64,000 nt of DNA from Chrysomallon squamiferum (GCA_012295275.1 CM022666.1:14074001-14138000); one strand, 5' to 3'; counted from the first letter of the stretch, positions 33,632 through 52,203 are shown. Numbers and translations are program-made. Notes: generated from the sequence alone by a model not told the origin.

Positions 33632-36600
33632 GTGACAACAATAACAATAGTAATAGCAGCAATATAAATAAAAAAAACAATAAAATAAAAATAAAAATAA
33701 AAAAGTAAAAATAGTAATCAAAGGGAAAAATAAACAAAAATCTTAAATTAATCAATAAATTATAACTATGAATAGGGTAATAAAAATTAATATTAATTAT
33801 AATAAATAAAATTAACTGAATTATTTTATCTCTAAATATTAATTTTAATAAATGTGCTTCAGATCAAAAGTATTCGTTTACATGAATTATTTATAAAAAG
33901 TAAACAACCTTAGCATTTATGGTATAATAAATCAAAATACAATTTTACATCATTTGCATCTGATTTACAAAATAAATGTAAATAGATAAATACATAATTA
34001 TTATTCAGCCTGTAATTGTTTTTTTTAGTCAAACTATAATTATGATCAAAGTTTGATGATTGTGACTGCTTCCCATCCAGCAGTAGCATCAGAATGTAAT
34101 ATAATGTCTACAAATGATCAAATATTTATTTAAAACTGAATTAATGTTTAATAATAATATACTATTTTAATCATACCTTTTTTGTATCTTCTTCAACTTT
34201 GATATGTGATATTACTGGAGAATCAGTGATTATTGTGATTTTTGGAGCATTTGAAAACATTGATGCAATACTACCTTTTGGCTCCTTTTTCTTTTTGACT
34301 GCAGTGTTCTGAAATATTAGAATAATTATTTTACTTCAAGAAAGTGTAAAAGAAATAAAGAAATAAAGAAAAACAATTGAAAAGAAGTAAGTTTTCTTTA
34401 ATGATAAATGATACATGTTTATTTATAAATCAAAATGTTCTCTGTATGTTGAATTTAGGATTCTAAGTATCACTTGTTAAAGGATGAAGTGTGTATTTTA
34501 GTTCTTACAGTATAAATTAAAGTTAGTATCACAAGTATACACCATGGGTGAGGTTCAGACTAAAATAAAAATATGTAATAACTTTACAAAAATAATACAT
34601 TTTAAATAAATAGATAATTAACTAATTAATAAATAATAATAAATAATAATAATAATAATAATAATAATAGTAAAAGAGGAAAATAAACATAATTTATTTG
34701 TAGTTTTTTACAATTCCGGTATGTTAGCAATAAGGAAAAGAAGCTATGTGGTATAAATGTGTATGTGTTCAAAATTACATATTTCTATAAATAATAAACA
34801 CTATAAAGAAGAACACTGATGACATACTCTAAAAAATATTACTGCAAAACCCCAGATTATAGCTTTTTTGTCATTAATATATTTTCAACTCTGAATGGAA
34901 AAAATAAGAAAAATAGACAAAGACACACACCTATATAACTCAAATATACTCCACAGTGCATGGCACAAATACTGATAAAAATTGAAAAATCGATACACTG
35001 TACAAGACTTTACCTAATATTAATAACCTACAAAATTATAAAAAGTGTATTATTTACAAACCTGTTTCTCTGATTGTGCTTCTGTTGGTTTTGTTTTACT
35101 GTCACCATTTTCTTTCCTAGAATCTGCAAACATACTGGCAATGCTGCCTTTTTTTTCAACACTGACCTTCTTGACAGAGGGCCTACCATTACTGCTGGTT
35201 ACAGATGATGATCCATTTTGAACTTTCTGGAGTAACAATGTAAACAGGGTGCTGTTAAATCTGAATATATTTCATAACAGTCTTCTTGACTAAAAATTCA
35301 AAAATAATTCAAGGCAAAGCAGTACACATTACAAGTATTTGTCTGCTGGCTGTGGATGGGGTATAAGTGAGTAAATATATGTTACACTATTATTAAATTA
35401 ATAACTCCTTAAACAGGTTTGAGTAGTGGTATTATTTGTGTGTTTATCTTTTTTTTTCTTCTTCTTTTACAAAATCATAGTACAGAAAATAATAAAAAAT
35501 TAAATACAAAATAACACACCAAAAAAAAAAAAAAAAAAAAAAACACAAACAATTTCATGATATATATATATAAAAATAAAAATAAATACACCTGAATTTA
35601 CCCCCCTGAATAATTAAAATTACAGTTAATCAATATTTTGTTCATTTAGATTTGCTATGCACGTGTAATGAAAGATAATGTGCTTAGAACAGTTTAAGAT
35701 AATTTTTTTAATAGATAATTAAGTAATTATAATTTACTTTAGAATGGTTTAACATATACTTTTTTTTAAAGATAATTAAATAATTATAAATTACTGGTTT
35801 CACTACTTCAGGATCAGTTTTCTTCACTCCCAATCTCTCCATCTCTTCTCGACTTCGCACTTTTGCCCATGGACATTGGACAGCGCTGTGTCTAGAAAGC
35901 ATCAAATTCAAACCGTTTTTACAGTTTAAACATTCCCTTTACATTCACATTAATCTCTTTCTTAGGCTAACTGCAACTTTCACCTTCTCAGTTGGATTCC
36001 TAAATTTGTTAATTACTGTCGCCCTTGATTGATTTCAAGGACTTTGGATTTTTTTTTTCCAGGAAATCTGGACCAATTGTGGAAAAATCACAAAATGTGA
36101 ACTTTCCCACTGGAAACCTTACCTTTAGTTACTGTTAAGTTATTCTCAGCCCAACTATACAATCATGCCAATCCTCTCTCAACCCACTTTCCATTGAAGT
36201 AAGAGTGAATTTTACAACTGCACCCGTAAATATCCTAAACCAACAAATGTCACCCAACCTAGTGTACATTTTTCTTCTGTAAATTTGTCTTCCATTATTA
36301 TATTACTTACTGCATAGTTGTTATCTCTACTGAAGTCAGATGTTTTGGTAAATTTTATAGTTAATGTTTCTATTTGAGATTATCCACAATTTTGCTTTTT
36401 CCTGATCAGTCTCTCTATTAATATGTGAAACTGAGGGTAAAAAATATACTGTTATTTTAAATAACTTTGAAAACTTAAAATATATTTTAATTAGATACCA
36501 TTAATTTTCTTCCATAGTTTTGATTTACAATTCCAAAACAATAAGCCATAGAGCTTAATACTTAATTGCAAACTAATTAAAAACATCAGCAAAATTAAAT

Positions 36601-39454
36601 AAATTTTGTTTAGTTTTTATTTGAAATGTGAAGAATCTTACTTTGTGCTGTGAAAGATATCTTCCTTGATTCCCTCCAAATTAGTAATGTAGAGAGCATT
36701 GGAATCCTAAAATTGTTAAGTGATATAGTGAAAGTTTATTCAAAATCAAGTACGCAGAAAAACAAAAACAAAAAAATATATATAAAGTAAAAAGAAAAAA
36801 TAATTAAAAAAATATAATAAAAAACATAAAACAAAGAATAATAATGATTATACTAAAAAAGAAAGGGAAAAAACAACCGAGTACAATATAGTAAATGAAC
36901 ATATATCCAGCAACATCCTATAAATGTTTAGTTAAAAGTTCTCCTTTACATGTTTTACACTATTAGTTTAGACTTGTGAGTAATGTTTGTATGATTCTGT
37001 GTGTACACACACACACACACACAGACAAACTCTCTGTATGGACCGATGAATGGTGACTGCTGATGGATGTTTCATCAAACATTATTGACATTTTTTTTTT
37101 AAATTAAGTTTAAACATCTACTTTTAACAATAATAATAAAAAAATTATACCAAATAATTTTCTTAATTGTAAACTTTGTTAAAATATAAGAACTTGGTGT
37201 GAAAATAAAAAAAAATAAAAAATAAATATATATTTCAATTCTAAAGAATTTTTAGTCTTCAATTTTTTGTATATTCTTAGTAACTTAACAAATTTAACAT
37301 TTGAGTGTAATTTAACATAAGCAGACCACATATTAAACTAAAGCTAAGACTGACACATACAGTGTGTACAGATACACACTCAAATCTATATTATACATAC
37401 CTTGAGTTTTGACTTCTGAACACTGTAAATATGTACTGTGTTGACATCAGCTAAACTTGTCTTGTAAGATTCAAGTGTCTCTTCAGAAACCACAGCACAT
37501 TTGTACACCTGAGATTATTTTAAAAATAAAAATACTGACAGTCCATCCAGATTCTATAAAATACTATAAATTTTATATTTTATACTAATAAAATAATAAT
37601 GCAGTAGTTGTATCTATTTATTTAGCAATTTCTGTAAAATACTATGTCAAAAAATCAGATTCCTATATAAAATATGTCTATTCTTAAGAGAATGGTGATT
37701 ATTATTAAAATAATTTTCCATTACTGTACATCAATTATTATACCAATACTCTATTTACAACAAAGATCACTTTAAACAAAATTAACAATATCAGATTTTT
37801 ATCCATTTACATTACTAAAATATTTTCTTATGAACAAAGTATTTTAAAATATAATTATTTCAGTATGATATTAGTAGTGATATTGTTGCTAAGTCATCTA
37901 GTAAGTATTTCAGTACAGAAAGAGAAATTTTAGAATATTCACCATTTCTCCACCTTTCCCTCCTGCAGTGGAGAACCAGCCACAAAATATGTAACTGAAA
38001 TTTCATTATCTTTTTTGTTTCTTTGCTGTTCACAAAATGCATACAGCATCCTTTATATAAAATAAAATAAAATAAAATAAAATAATAAATAGAATTAAAA
38101 TAGAAATAAAAATTATATTAAAAATGCTGAGGAAATCAATATTTGACAACGACTGCCACTAAACAGTTTGCATGAGTATAAAAATATACAACTATTTCAT
38201 AAGAAATATGCAGAAACTTTTAACAACCAGTGCTAATGCTATTAATAATAATAAGGATAAGAAGAATGATGTAACCAACATTCAGTATGGCCAATTTCTA
38301 TCTTGTTTGGTAATTAACCTGAGAATTATTTTCAAATCTATATTTTGGGTAGAAATGGTTGCAATTACCTAGATGCATTTTCCAAAAGCAAGTTGTTACT
38401 AGAATTACCTCCACATTATGTTTTATTACCATCAATCACTGACTCAGTTATAAAACTTGATATGTATGCCTGTTTATCCTATGTATATATTATAATTTAT
38501 AGGTAATGTTTATATACTATTAGACTATAACTGATGTCATTTAATTAGATAGAATTAAATTTACACACTTACTGTTTTGCAAGGTTAACATGTACTTTTA
38601 ATGTAGTACTCAACCATTTGTAAGTTACCTGGAAAAAAGGAAAAAAACTAATGATTACAAAAAAAAGGAAAAAATAGACAGATATACTGTCATATTGGGA
38701 TAATTACTAATGTTGAGAAAGGTAAACTATTTTGACAACAAGCAGACAATTTTCAACCAGTGATAAAAAAAATTATACTACTTTAAACATCAGTAACAAA
38801 ATCCAAATCATTAAGGTTAGTATAAATTTATAACAAAATATCAAGGATTTAATTTACTAGTCTGACGGGAGAAAACTTATAGGATTTTTTATTTCTTTAA
38901 GTTCAATAATAATAATAATACATAAATAAAGAAATAACCATGATAGTTATTACTTTAATTTGTACATGAGCTTATTTCTGTATATTATATTTAACACAGT
39001 TACATGCTCTGGAGTCTGGTCTCCAGGAGCTGAGGAGGTGTAAGTTATTAAATAAAATTACATTTGACAAACCTGAATCGCATATTAATTTGTTTAATTT
39101 CGAATTTCTTGACATATTTATCATACTATATATACTATATATACTATCACTACCAGATATCTTATTTTGTGTACAACTACAGTCACTGTAAATGAATGAG
39201 TCTGGATTTCGACCTTCCGTTTTAGTTTTTGTTCACACAAAATGAAACAAGTCGAAACGGGTGGGCTGCTGTCAAAACAACAGTTATGAGTTAAAAAGCA
39301 GACTCATGACAGGCTACATTGAATTATCTCAGCTGAACTGTCAGTCTTTTCATTTTGATATCTGAGGCTTCTGTGAGACGAAATAACTTACAATTCTGTT
39401 TTCATCATTGACAAATTCATCAAGATTTTCTAAATAAAGCTCATCTGCAGACAT
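29794..39454 (-). CDS. POLD3: DNA polymerase delta subunit 3 (p66/Cdc27 family), ~456 aa
   Basis: 13 phase-consistent exons: 39454-39392, 38628-38573, 38050-37954 (donor uncertain), 37508-37401, 36706-36642, 35891-35795, 35226-35062, 34308-34177, 33571-33481, 32784-32710, 31841-31626, 30890-30772, 29880-29794. The N-terminus MSADELYLENLDEFVNDENRIVTYKWLSTTLKVHVNLAKQMLY matches POLD3. Also has the DPIM-like KTYQDEAGFMVTEKV and the C-terminal PIP box QASLTSFFRKK*. Confidence 0.95.
33089..33348 (+). mobile_element. Decayed non-autonomous DNA transposon resembling Tigger4/MER46 (Zombi) of the pogo/Tigger family
   Basis: Collinear blocks resemble the Tigger4/MER46 consensus as I recall it: TACAATCTGAGAATTATTTATCATAAATACTTGGGACCAG; ATCTAAATCTAAATACAAATTCCATTTATATTTCATGTACA; TAATTTTGTGC; and the end TTTCAGATAGGGAATCCTGAACCT. 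From memory, not a search. Confidence 0.5.
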
Positions 39455-40221
39455 CGTTCTTTTCGTTTCCCGCTATTTACGTTTTGTGAATCCCTCCTCC
39501 AATTACTTCGGAGGACCAAGTTTGAAACCAGTCTTAATTTTAGTACTTTAGAACAAAACTTTGAAGAAGGGAAATCCTGCGATTTCATTAATTGCATACA
39601 CGAACAAACATAAAAGTATCCACTTCCATGCAAACTAACAAAACTATAGATACTTAAAGAAACTACATACTCAGAAGCGTAATGTTTCTTACGTACTGGA
39701 TTTGTTCAAAACGCCGAATCAGTGAACGAAGGCAATTTAATATCTCAGTTTAATATCTTTCGTACCGTATGTTAAATGATATTGAAATAACCTTAAAATT
39801 CTCACTGCTTAAAATCTAAATCACACAATTTTGGTACGAAGAACTCAAGAAGTACATTTCGAAAGTGAAAATAATTTTCAAAACTTCAGTGCTTGGAAGA
39901 CAGATAAATAGATATATAAATAAACAGCTAATCATACAGTCTGACACACACTCATCCACGATCTATGACATACACTTACTCACACACACACACACATACA
40001 CACACAAAAACGCACGCACACACACACGCACATACACACTCACACACAACAACCGTTCAAACGAAAAGAAAGTGTTCACTACTTCCGGAAGGAAATTACT
40101 CCAAAGAAAACAACATGACTGTCAATGTCGTTCGTTTATTTAACGCTTCTGGATTTATTAAAAAAATTAGATGTTGTAAATTGTAGTAACTAACATTTAT
40201 TTTTAACCAATTTGAAACAGC
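39455..40221. promoter_or_regulatory. Bidirectional promoter region of POLD3/LCMT1
   Basis: 767 nt between divergent ATGs. CpGs reappear here relative to the gene bodies. Overlapping ETS sites ACTTCCGGAAGGAA at 40081-40094. Confidence 0.6.
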
Positions 40222-44305
<4,084 letters not shown>

Positions 44306-45689
44306 CAAACACTGTCTCAAAACCACACCCCAAAGTTTTACGTTCACTTGTTGATATTGATACATTTATTATATTTACACGTTGTTGCTTTATATGTCAC
44401 TTGTAACCACCTTTACTAATAATAAACTTTTAGATGCTGATATATTACCATTTCAATTTCTGTTTTTTGTTTTCCACTTTGAATAAATAGGGGAAAATCT
44501 CAAAGAGAGAATAAATATATTTTTCTCAGTGTTTTGTTACTAATAATAAAATAATAGGCATTTAGAAGCTAAAATATTCAGTATTTATTTATTTATATAT
44601 TTTCTTAATTTTTTTCTTTATATTGTTAATATTTTTTTATCTTACTTTGTATAAATAAAAGGAGTCTGAAAAACAAAATTAAGGTATTTCCTCATTCTTT
44701 AAGAATTTATTTTGCATGTGTTTGTGAAATAAAATCATTAAAAAAAGTAAGTGAGAAATTGTCAGAATTTGTGAATCTTATTATTATATATATTTTTTTA
44801 AAGTTTTATTTTCATACTTTGTTAATAACAAAAGCTGATGTTAAATTTTTTTATAAAATAAATACCTTGACATGTTCAGCATATATTTATGCTCAGTTTT
44901 ACTTCATCAAATTATACTTCTGATAGATTTTGAAATATGTTAGTTTCTTTTAGTTTCTGTACAAATTTAAGTATTAGGTATAAATAGAATATTTAACATC
45001 AACACTTCTCTGATAATGACCCAAACAGAAAATCTAGATAATATTTTTTGGTTTATTTTTATGTGACTTGCTTTGTAGATTACTGATGGCCATTGTTTGC
45101 TAATAATAAAGTCTAACAGTAATGATATTACAAGTAAATAGAGGTTGTCATTTATCATTCTTCTTGTAATAATTATGATAATAGCTCACTAACAATAGCA
45201 ATAATAATACAAAAATATTATTTATAATTATCATCATCATCATCTTCATCATCATTATTATTATTATTATAACAAAATAAAATTAATTTTAAAAATACAA
45301 AAAAAAAAAATGCCTCTAAAAAATAGATTTACATGTTTCTACTACTTCAAAAGAACCCAATGTTTTATTGCAGGCATGACAGCACACAGATATGCAAACA
45401 CACACACGTATACAAACAGCCCTCAAATGTTTTACAGAGTTTGAAAGTAGTAAAGAATATAAGATGTTAATTACTATTAACAAATTTGTGTGTAAGGTTC
45501 AGCTAAGTATAAGCTGGACAAGAAAAAAGACCTGAGAACGAAACAAATTTTGAAGAATCACAAAGTGAACAAAGAACTGGAATTTTTAACAATTATTAAC
45601 ATGACTTTGTGTGTTAGATTCAGGCATGTATGTTTTGAATAAACCAAAGATCTTTGATAAACCACCACCATCATCATCATCATTATTAC

Positions 45690-45727
<38 letters not shown>

Positions 45728-46984
45728 GTTATTACAATCATAATTATTAATATTACTGTTATTATTGTTATTACTATTACAATTACAACTATCATTATTA
45801 TGATTACTATTACTATTATTACTATCATTAATATTATTACTATTACTCTTATTATGATGATTATTATTTTTATTATTATCCTCATCATTATCAAAGAAGA
45901 AAACTGTGAGATTAAATGATGTATCTATCAAAGTTGTTGCTGTGGATTTATAAGTTTATACTTTTGATGTGATTTTTATTTTGAATATTCTTTGCCAGTT
46001 ACTAAGTAACATTTTGTTTATCTTGCACTCACTGTTTACCACATTTTCAACGCTTTATTTTAACTGTAAATTACATAAATACAGTATAAAAAAGTGTGTT
46101 TATTTGTTACATGCCTTGCAAGTTTATTTTAGGAAATAAAGAGTTATCTGCCTTTGTTTTTGTGAGTCAGACATTTTGTTTATAAGTTTTAAATCTGTTA
46201 TTTGTTGATTCTATGTCTTACAGTGTAATTTCCAGTATATACACAACAGCCAATGAAACTGCAAATTAAAAAAAAAAAAGTATTTTTTATTTTTATTTAT
46301 TTAATTTTCAAAACTTTATTTATTTTTTTGTTGTTGTACATTTTGTTTATTATTAATAAAATCTGGATGACAACAACAAATTAAAAATAAATAAAAAATA
46401 AATAAATAAATAAATAAATAATTGTAATAATAATAATACAATATTAAAAACAAAACAAAAAAACAACAAAACAACATCTTCCTATAACTGAAAAATACTT
46501 TAACTCTGGGTATCAGGTTATGACTACAAGAACTGACAGATATGTAGACATCCATATATATATAAATATAATGCACAATTGATGTTTACATAATTCTTCA
46601 TTTTAGTCTGAAAAGAGAAAAGTATGTTGAAATGTTCATTTTGCTATTACTTATTTTTTAATGTGTAATAATGTGTTTGTTATTTGACATTTTTTTGTTG
46701 ATTACTAATAGTCATTTTAAATGAAGACAAAATTAAATTTTCTACCTAATAAAATAAATGAAAGGAAAGGTTTCTTATTTTGCCAGTACTGGCTTCTGAT
46801 TATGTTTTCATATTACCATTATTATTATTATTATTATTATTTTTCTAATTGAAGTTAATATTAATTTTATAAACTTTAGTTATAAAAAATTGTTGGAAAA
46901 CAGACAACTAAAATGACATTACGAACCAGCCATTTTAAAATTCTGTTTTAATTCTCTGATCGTTTTTCTTGTTTGCAGTTAATA

Positions 46985-47038
<54 letters not shown>

Positions 47039-48018
47039 TTCGTTTCATGGAAGAAACAACATAATGAACTTACACGACTGACACAAATAAATACAAAACC
47101 TACCCTCCCCTCCACCCCGAAAAAAAAAAAAAGATTCACACCAAATAATGGTGGAATAAATAGATATAATATACGAGCGCGCGAACACATACAGACAAGC
47201 ATATGCACATATTCACAGTTTTCTTTTGACACGACCCCTAACTTAATCTGCGCATAATCGCAGCTTTATTACCTATTGTCACAACAAAAAAATCCTATTT
47301 ACAGTTATTTCCCTTGTCGTTAATGACAATAATAAGGAAGAGAAAATACAAATGTATGCGTGGTTTCTGTTAAACCTAAATTATTAAAATGTTTTTGTCT
47401 TTTATGGATCTTTTATAAACACTGACCATAACAAGGAAATAATTTATTAAATAATAATATAAACTGGATTCTAGTAAGACGAAAGATACGGATCAATAAA
47501 CACAATGTGACATATAATTTGAGAACGACAGCAAACGTAAGTATATTTCGATGAATTAAAATTACATACGAAAACTATATAAATATATGTAATTAAACCA
47601 GTTACATTTATCTGAAAATATTATTTCTTTAACTATATAAAGTGGCTGCAAAAATTGATTGCTTAAATGTCAACATTTTTATATTTATTTTTATAATAAT
47701 TAATCGAAGATGGTAACAATACTAATTGTGTCAACGCTTTAATCAATATTAGCAGGAAATTCATTATTATTATTAAGGATTCGGATGCTTCATTCGGCTC
47801 CACCATCCTTTTCGTAATTAATTACCGCATTCACAGTTTGAAGATTTTCTCATTTCAAAGTACCAATTTTTTGCTAATGGAGACATAGTAAGGCAAAGAC
47901 ACCATACCGTAATATTCGTGTAGTGTCAATGTAAAATACACTTAATCTATAAGAGATTAACTGCTACATATATCTTTTTTAACATGTTTAACAATCATTA
48001 TTATCATTATTATCATCA

Positions 48019-48071
<53 letters not shown>

Positions 48072-48806
48072 GTTATTATTAGTTAATGTTGTTGTTGTCG
48101 CATTGTCTTTGTTGCTGTTGATTAAATATGTCAGTTTTTCTTTTCTCTCGTAAGACAATCATCTTTCAATATTTAATCATTTCAAAGTCAGCTGACGTAA
48201 AATTTAACACCATTCTTATAACTGAACTTCGAAATTCTACTGACAATGTTTATAATCATAAATTATTCAAAGACATGTAAAAATTCATTCCGTTATTCAT
48301 ATATATATATATATGTATGTATATATGACAACAAAATCAATAATATGATGTATGAACGAATTGTAATCTGTTCTGAAGTGTAACGTGATTATACCACTCT
48401 TTGGTAATCTGGATTATTGTTTATGATTTATGCTAGTATGAACATCTGTATATAATAATCTGTATTGGCACAAATAACAAAATTTATTAAGCTGCATAGG
48501 ACTGGTAAAATCGTGGCATTGTATGTAAGTAAGAACGTTTTCTGTATAAAATGAATATGGTTTGGGCTGGCATTTTGCAAATGGGTAGTTACAGGTATCG
48601 ATGTATGTATGTGTGTGTGTCTGTTGTTTCCGTGTGTGTTTCTGTGTGTTGTTTGTCATTGTGTGTGTTTGTCTGTGCGCAAGGTTGTGTGTATAAATTA
48701 AATGTATATATGCATATATCTGTGTGTGCGCGTGAGTGTGAGCATTTGTGTGTGTTTGTTACAGATCTAACATTTTGACTGTCAAATATGTTTGTGGTTT
48801 GTGTAT

Positions 48807-48920
<114 letters not shown>

Positions 48921-48982
48921 ATAAAGGTATGTTGGGTGCAGTGCAGTTATCATATATTTACCCATCCATCTCTGTCTATTTA

Positions 48983-49161
48983 TCTGTCTATCTATCTATC
49001 TATCTAAATAGGGAAAACGAATCTATAATATATTAGAACCTGTTGAGTAAAATCATATAGCATAACTATGTTGTGAGACCACTTATTCTGTTTTTCACAC
49101 TGCAGTTGCTAAAGGCAACGCACAGAACACAGTGACAATAATACCCTTGTTGACCATATTG
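48983..49161 (+). repeat. Left arm of the inverted repeat flanking the tetraspanin gene
   Basis: 49069-49120 is the exact reverse complement of 52000-52051 (52 nt). Homology extends on both sides with three short insertions in this arm. Confidence 0.9.
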
Positions 49162-49609
49162 ATTTTCTGTGACGTTATAAATAAACACCTTTTGTGAAAT
49201 GTAAATAACTATACTATAGCAAAGAAGAAAAAAAAAAAAAATTCCATATATATTGCTTCCAGTTAATTCGTATTTATTAATCATCTTAAACCAGGAAGGA
49301 TATTTTTAGTTACAGAAGAACGGGAAATAAGCAACTGTGAAATATTATTATTTGTAATTTCACTGTGTCTTTCGATATACAAACAACAAAGAAGGTCGAG
49401 GGTAACCTGAATGAAAGTTTGTTTACTGTGAATAATTAAATCATTTTATTACCATGGCAGTTGTATGACAAAATATAATTTTTATATAAATGAAAGATGA
49501 GAGAGAAAACTTCAGTTTCTTAATTGGTTACTCATTTCAGTCGTGATAGTCTGCAGACATTTCGATGTTTTCACTAAACAGTCTAGTAAAGTAGTGATGT
49601 AATGATTCG

Positions 49610-49790
49610 TAAATCATGACGTCATGCGGGACATCTCGGTCATCTTGAGGGATTATACATTTAACAATTTACTGAATTTTACAGGTAGTGTTCGTAATTA
49701 TCCTGGTTACAAATCGCTGACGGCAGCAGTTATTAATCGAATTCAGCCATTTTGTGAAACTGGCGGCCATTTTTGTTTACGTCATATTTA
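49610..49790. promoter_or_regulatory. Putative promoter of the tetraspanin-like gene (CRE palindrome, two YY1-like GCCATTTT)
   Basis: CATGACGTCATG at ~49615; CAGCCATTTT and GCGGCCATTTT at 49744-49772; TTACGTCA at ~49777. These lie 550-700 nt upstream of the ATG, and a candidate acceptor TGTTTCAG ends at 50262. Confidence 0.35.
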
Positions 49791-49804
49791 GGCCCTCCCT
49801 GGGT

Positions 49805-49851
<47 letters not shown>

Positions 49852-50323
49852 TGTTACTCCCAATACATTATGCTACAGAAAACAACTGTTAATATGTTAC
49901 CTTTTATTTTTAGAGCATGTAGTAGCAGTAGTTGTAGTAGCAGTAGTAGTAGTAGTAATGGCAGTTGTAGTCACAGCAGCAACGATATTAACATTGCACT
50001 AAGATATCCGAAAGTTCTGGTAAACAGATTTTATATTTGTGCATTGTAAAAACTAAACAAGTTTTGTGATACTATAACCTGAAAGGCGAAAGCTTTCTCG
50101 AAATAATAAAATAATTATTAGGCCGTTCGCTTGTACCACGCAGAAACACACAGAGACAACTTTCTTTATCTTCTTAACAGAAGACCTCCACTTTGCGATA
50201 TTCAGAACATAATTAAAACCTCTGAAAGTTTTTTTTCAAATGTTATCTGTTTGATGTTTCAGAATGTATATCGTCGAAACCCTCGTCTGCTGATCTGCTG
50301 TGCAGTCAACTACAACTACGACA

Positions 50324-51307
50324 ATGAGGCGATGTCTGAGAGTGCCCCACATAGAGGAACCCAGAACTCGACTGAAAGTCGTTCGTTACTTCACCGTCGT
50401 GTTTCTTCTCCTGTACTGTTTTCTTGGTCTGGTCACCATCATCCTGACAGGCTGGCTGGCCGTAAAGAGGATCTATTCTTGCCATTTTATGTCGGAGTAT
50501 TTTTCGTCTGTGTACCTTCTCATGGCGGGATCGATGTTCCTGATAATAACCTCGTCGCACATACTGCTGGATCTGTATCTGAGGAACCGCCAGAGGAACA
50601 ACAGTCTGTTCTTGATTATTTTCAGCGTGGCGTTGTTCCTGGAAATCGTCGCTCCGATAATCGCCACCGTCCACACCTACGTCGTATCGAAGGAAACGTT
50701 TCGCAGCGATATGATCGAGACGTTCCGATATTATCGAGGAAACGATGATCGGATCGAGTGCATCGATAGTATTCAGCGATATTATCGATGTTGTGGGGCG
50801 GTTAATTTTACGGATCTGCTGCCCCAGAATTTCACCGATCTTGCCGGGACGTTCGGTTTGATGCCTAAGAGCTGCGCGTGTAATGAGGAAAATGAAGGTC
50901 AAGGCTGCATGACGTCAGACCAGGACTCCACTGGACGTGTTTTCAAAGCAACGTGTTACGAGAAAGTACTGAGCGACATCGAGCAAAGTCTAGTGGTAGT
51001 GCGAATTATCTCCCCTATGCTGGCGTTGGTGCAAACGCTTCTGCTTATTGTCGTTTCGTACATCATTTACAAACTGCAGCGTGCCAGCGTCATCGGCGTT
51101 TACGTCGTTCACGGCAAGACGCAGCTCGAACGTTACAAAGAGAATGTTGCCACAGTAACGCAGTCTCACAATGTTTGTGTAAACACAGCTGGGCAGAATC
51201 AGTCTGCTAACTCAAGGACAGATAACCCTGTATTTCCAACGGGAACGACGCGCAGCCATACTGAACGTGTGAATGAACAAGAACACGGAACATACCAGAC
51301 CTTTTGA
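50324..51307 (+). CDS. Divergent tetraspanin-family protein, 327 aa, single coding exon
   Basis: Open 984-nt frame from ATG 50324. Four hydrophobic helices; large extracellular loop with IQRYYRCCG, PKSC and a final TCY before TM4; polar E in TM3 and Q in TM4; C-terminal YQTF. Confidence 0.88.
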   Translation: MRRCLRVPHIEEPRTRLKVVRYFTVVFLLLYCFLGLVTIILTGWLAVKRIYSCHFMSEYFSSVYLLMAGSMFLIITSSHILLDLYLRNRQRNNSLFLIIFSVALFLEIVAPIIATVHTYVVSKETFRSDMIETFRYYRGNDDRIECIDSIQRYYRCCGAVNFTDLLPQNFTDLAGTFGLMPKSCACNEENEGQGCMTSDQDSTGRVFKATCYEKVLSDIEQSLVVVRIISPMLALVQTLLLIVVSYIIYKLQRASVIGVYVVHGKTQLERYKENVATVTQSHNVCVNTAGQNQSANSRTDNPVFPTGTTRSHTERVNEQEHGTYQTF

Positions 51308-51366
51308 ACCTTCATGCAAATTTCCAGATTCCTCTTTTAATTAGAATTCTTGTTTCATTTTTCCTT

Positions 51367-51408
<42 letters not shown>

Positions 51409-51975
51409 ATTTTTTTTTTTTGGACCAGTTTCCTGTTAGAAGTTTAGATCTTAGATGCTGCTGAAGAATAACATATGGCTTTACTCCGGTACAAGTACTG
51501 TTTTATACGAATTATATACAATTATATATAAACCTGCTTATTATTCAATTTATTTTTGAAACAAATTTAATCATCTTTATTTTTAGAGGTATTTTTATAT
51601 AATTAGTTCATATGCTCCATACGCGTAAGTAAGATCTTTATCTATATTTCCTCCTCAAGAAACGTTAATGTTTTCGTTATCAGTGATAGATATATTTTTA
51701 TTTATTTATTAATTTATTTATTTATTATTATTTTTTTTTAATCGTGTTTGTGATTAAATTAACGAACCAGTGCTTGATGGATTTTTCTCGCTTTCATTTT
51801 GATCGATTTATCTTTTATGAGATTTATCTTATACACATGGATTGTTGTATGCATACTACGCTTTCTTCTGTTTCAGTATTTGTAGAGTCTTTTTTTTTTA
51901 TGGATCTTGAAATAATCACGTTTTTATCGGGAAAAAAAAATGTTTCATGATTGTCTCGTTTTCTATATCCACTGC

Positions 51976-52203
<228 letters not shown>

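Noticed and set aside
36123-36276. Candidate poison cassette exon in POLD3 intron 5 (strong AAG|GTAAGG donor)
   Set aside because: The acceptor is weak and there is no independent support; isolated donor matches are common.
50131-51210. Overlapping ORFs 50131-50748 (+), 50306-50902 (-) and 50953-51210 (+)
   Set aside because: Shadow frames of the GC-richer tetraspanin CDS with no recognisable motifs.
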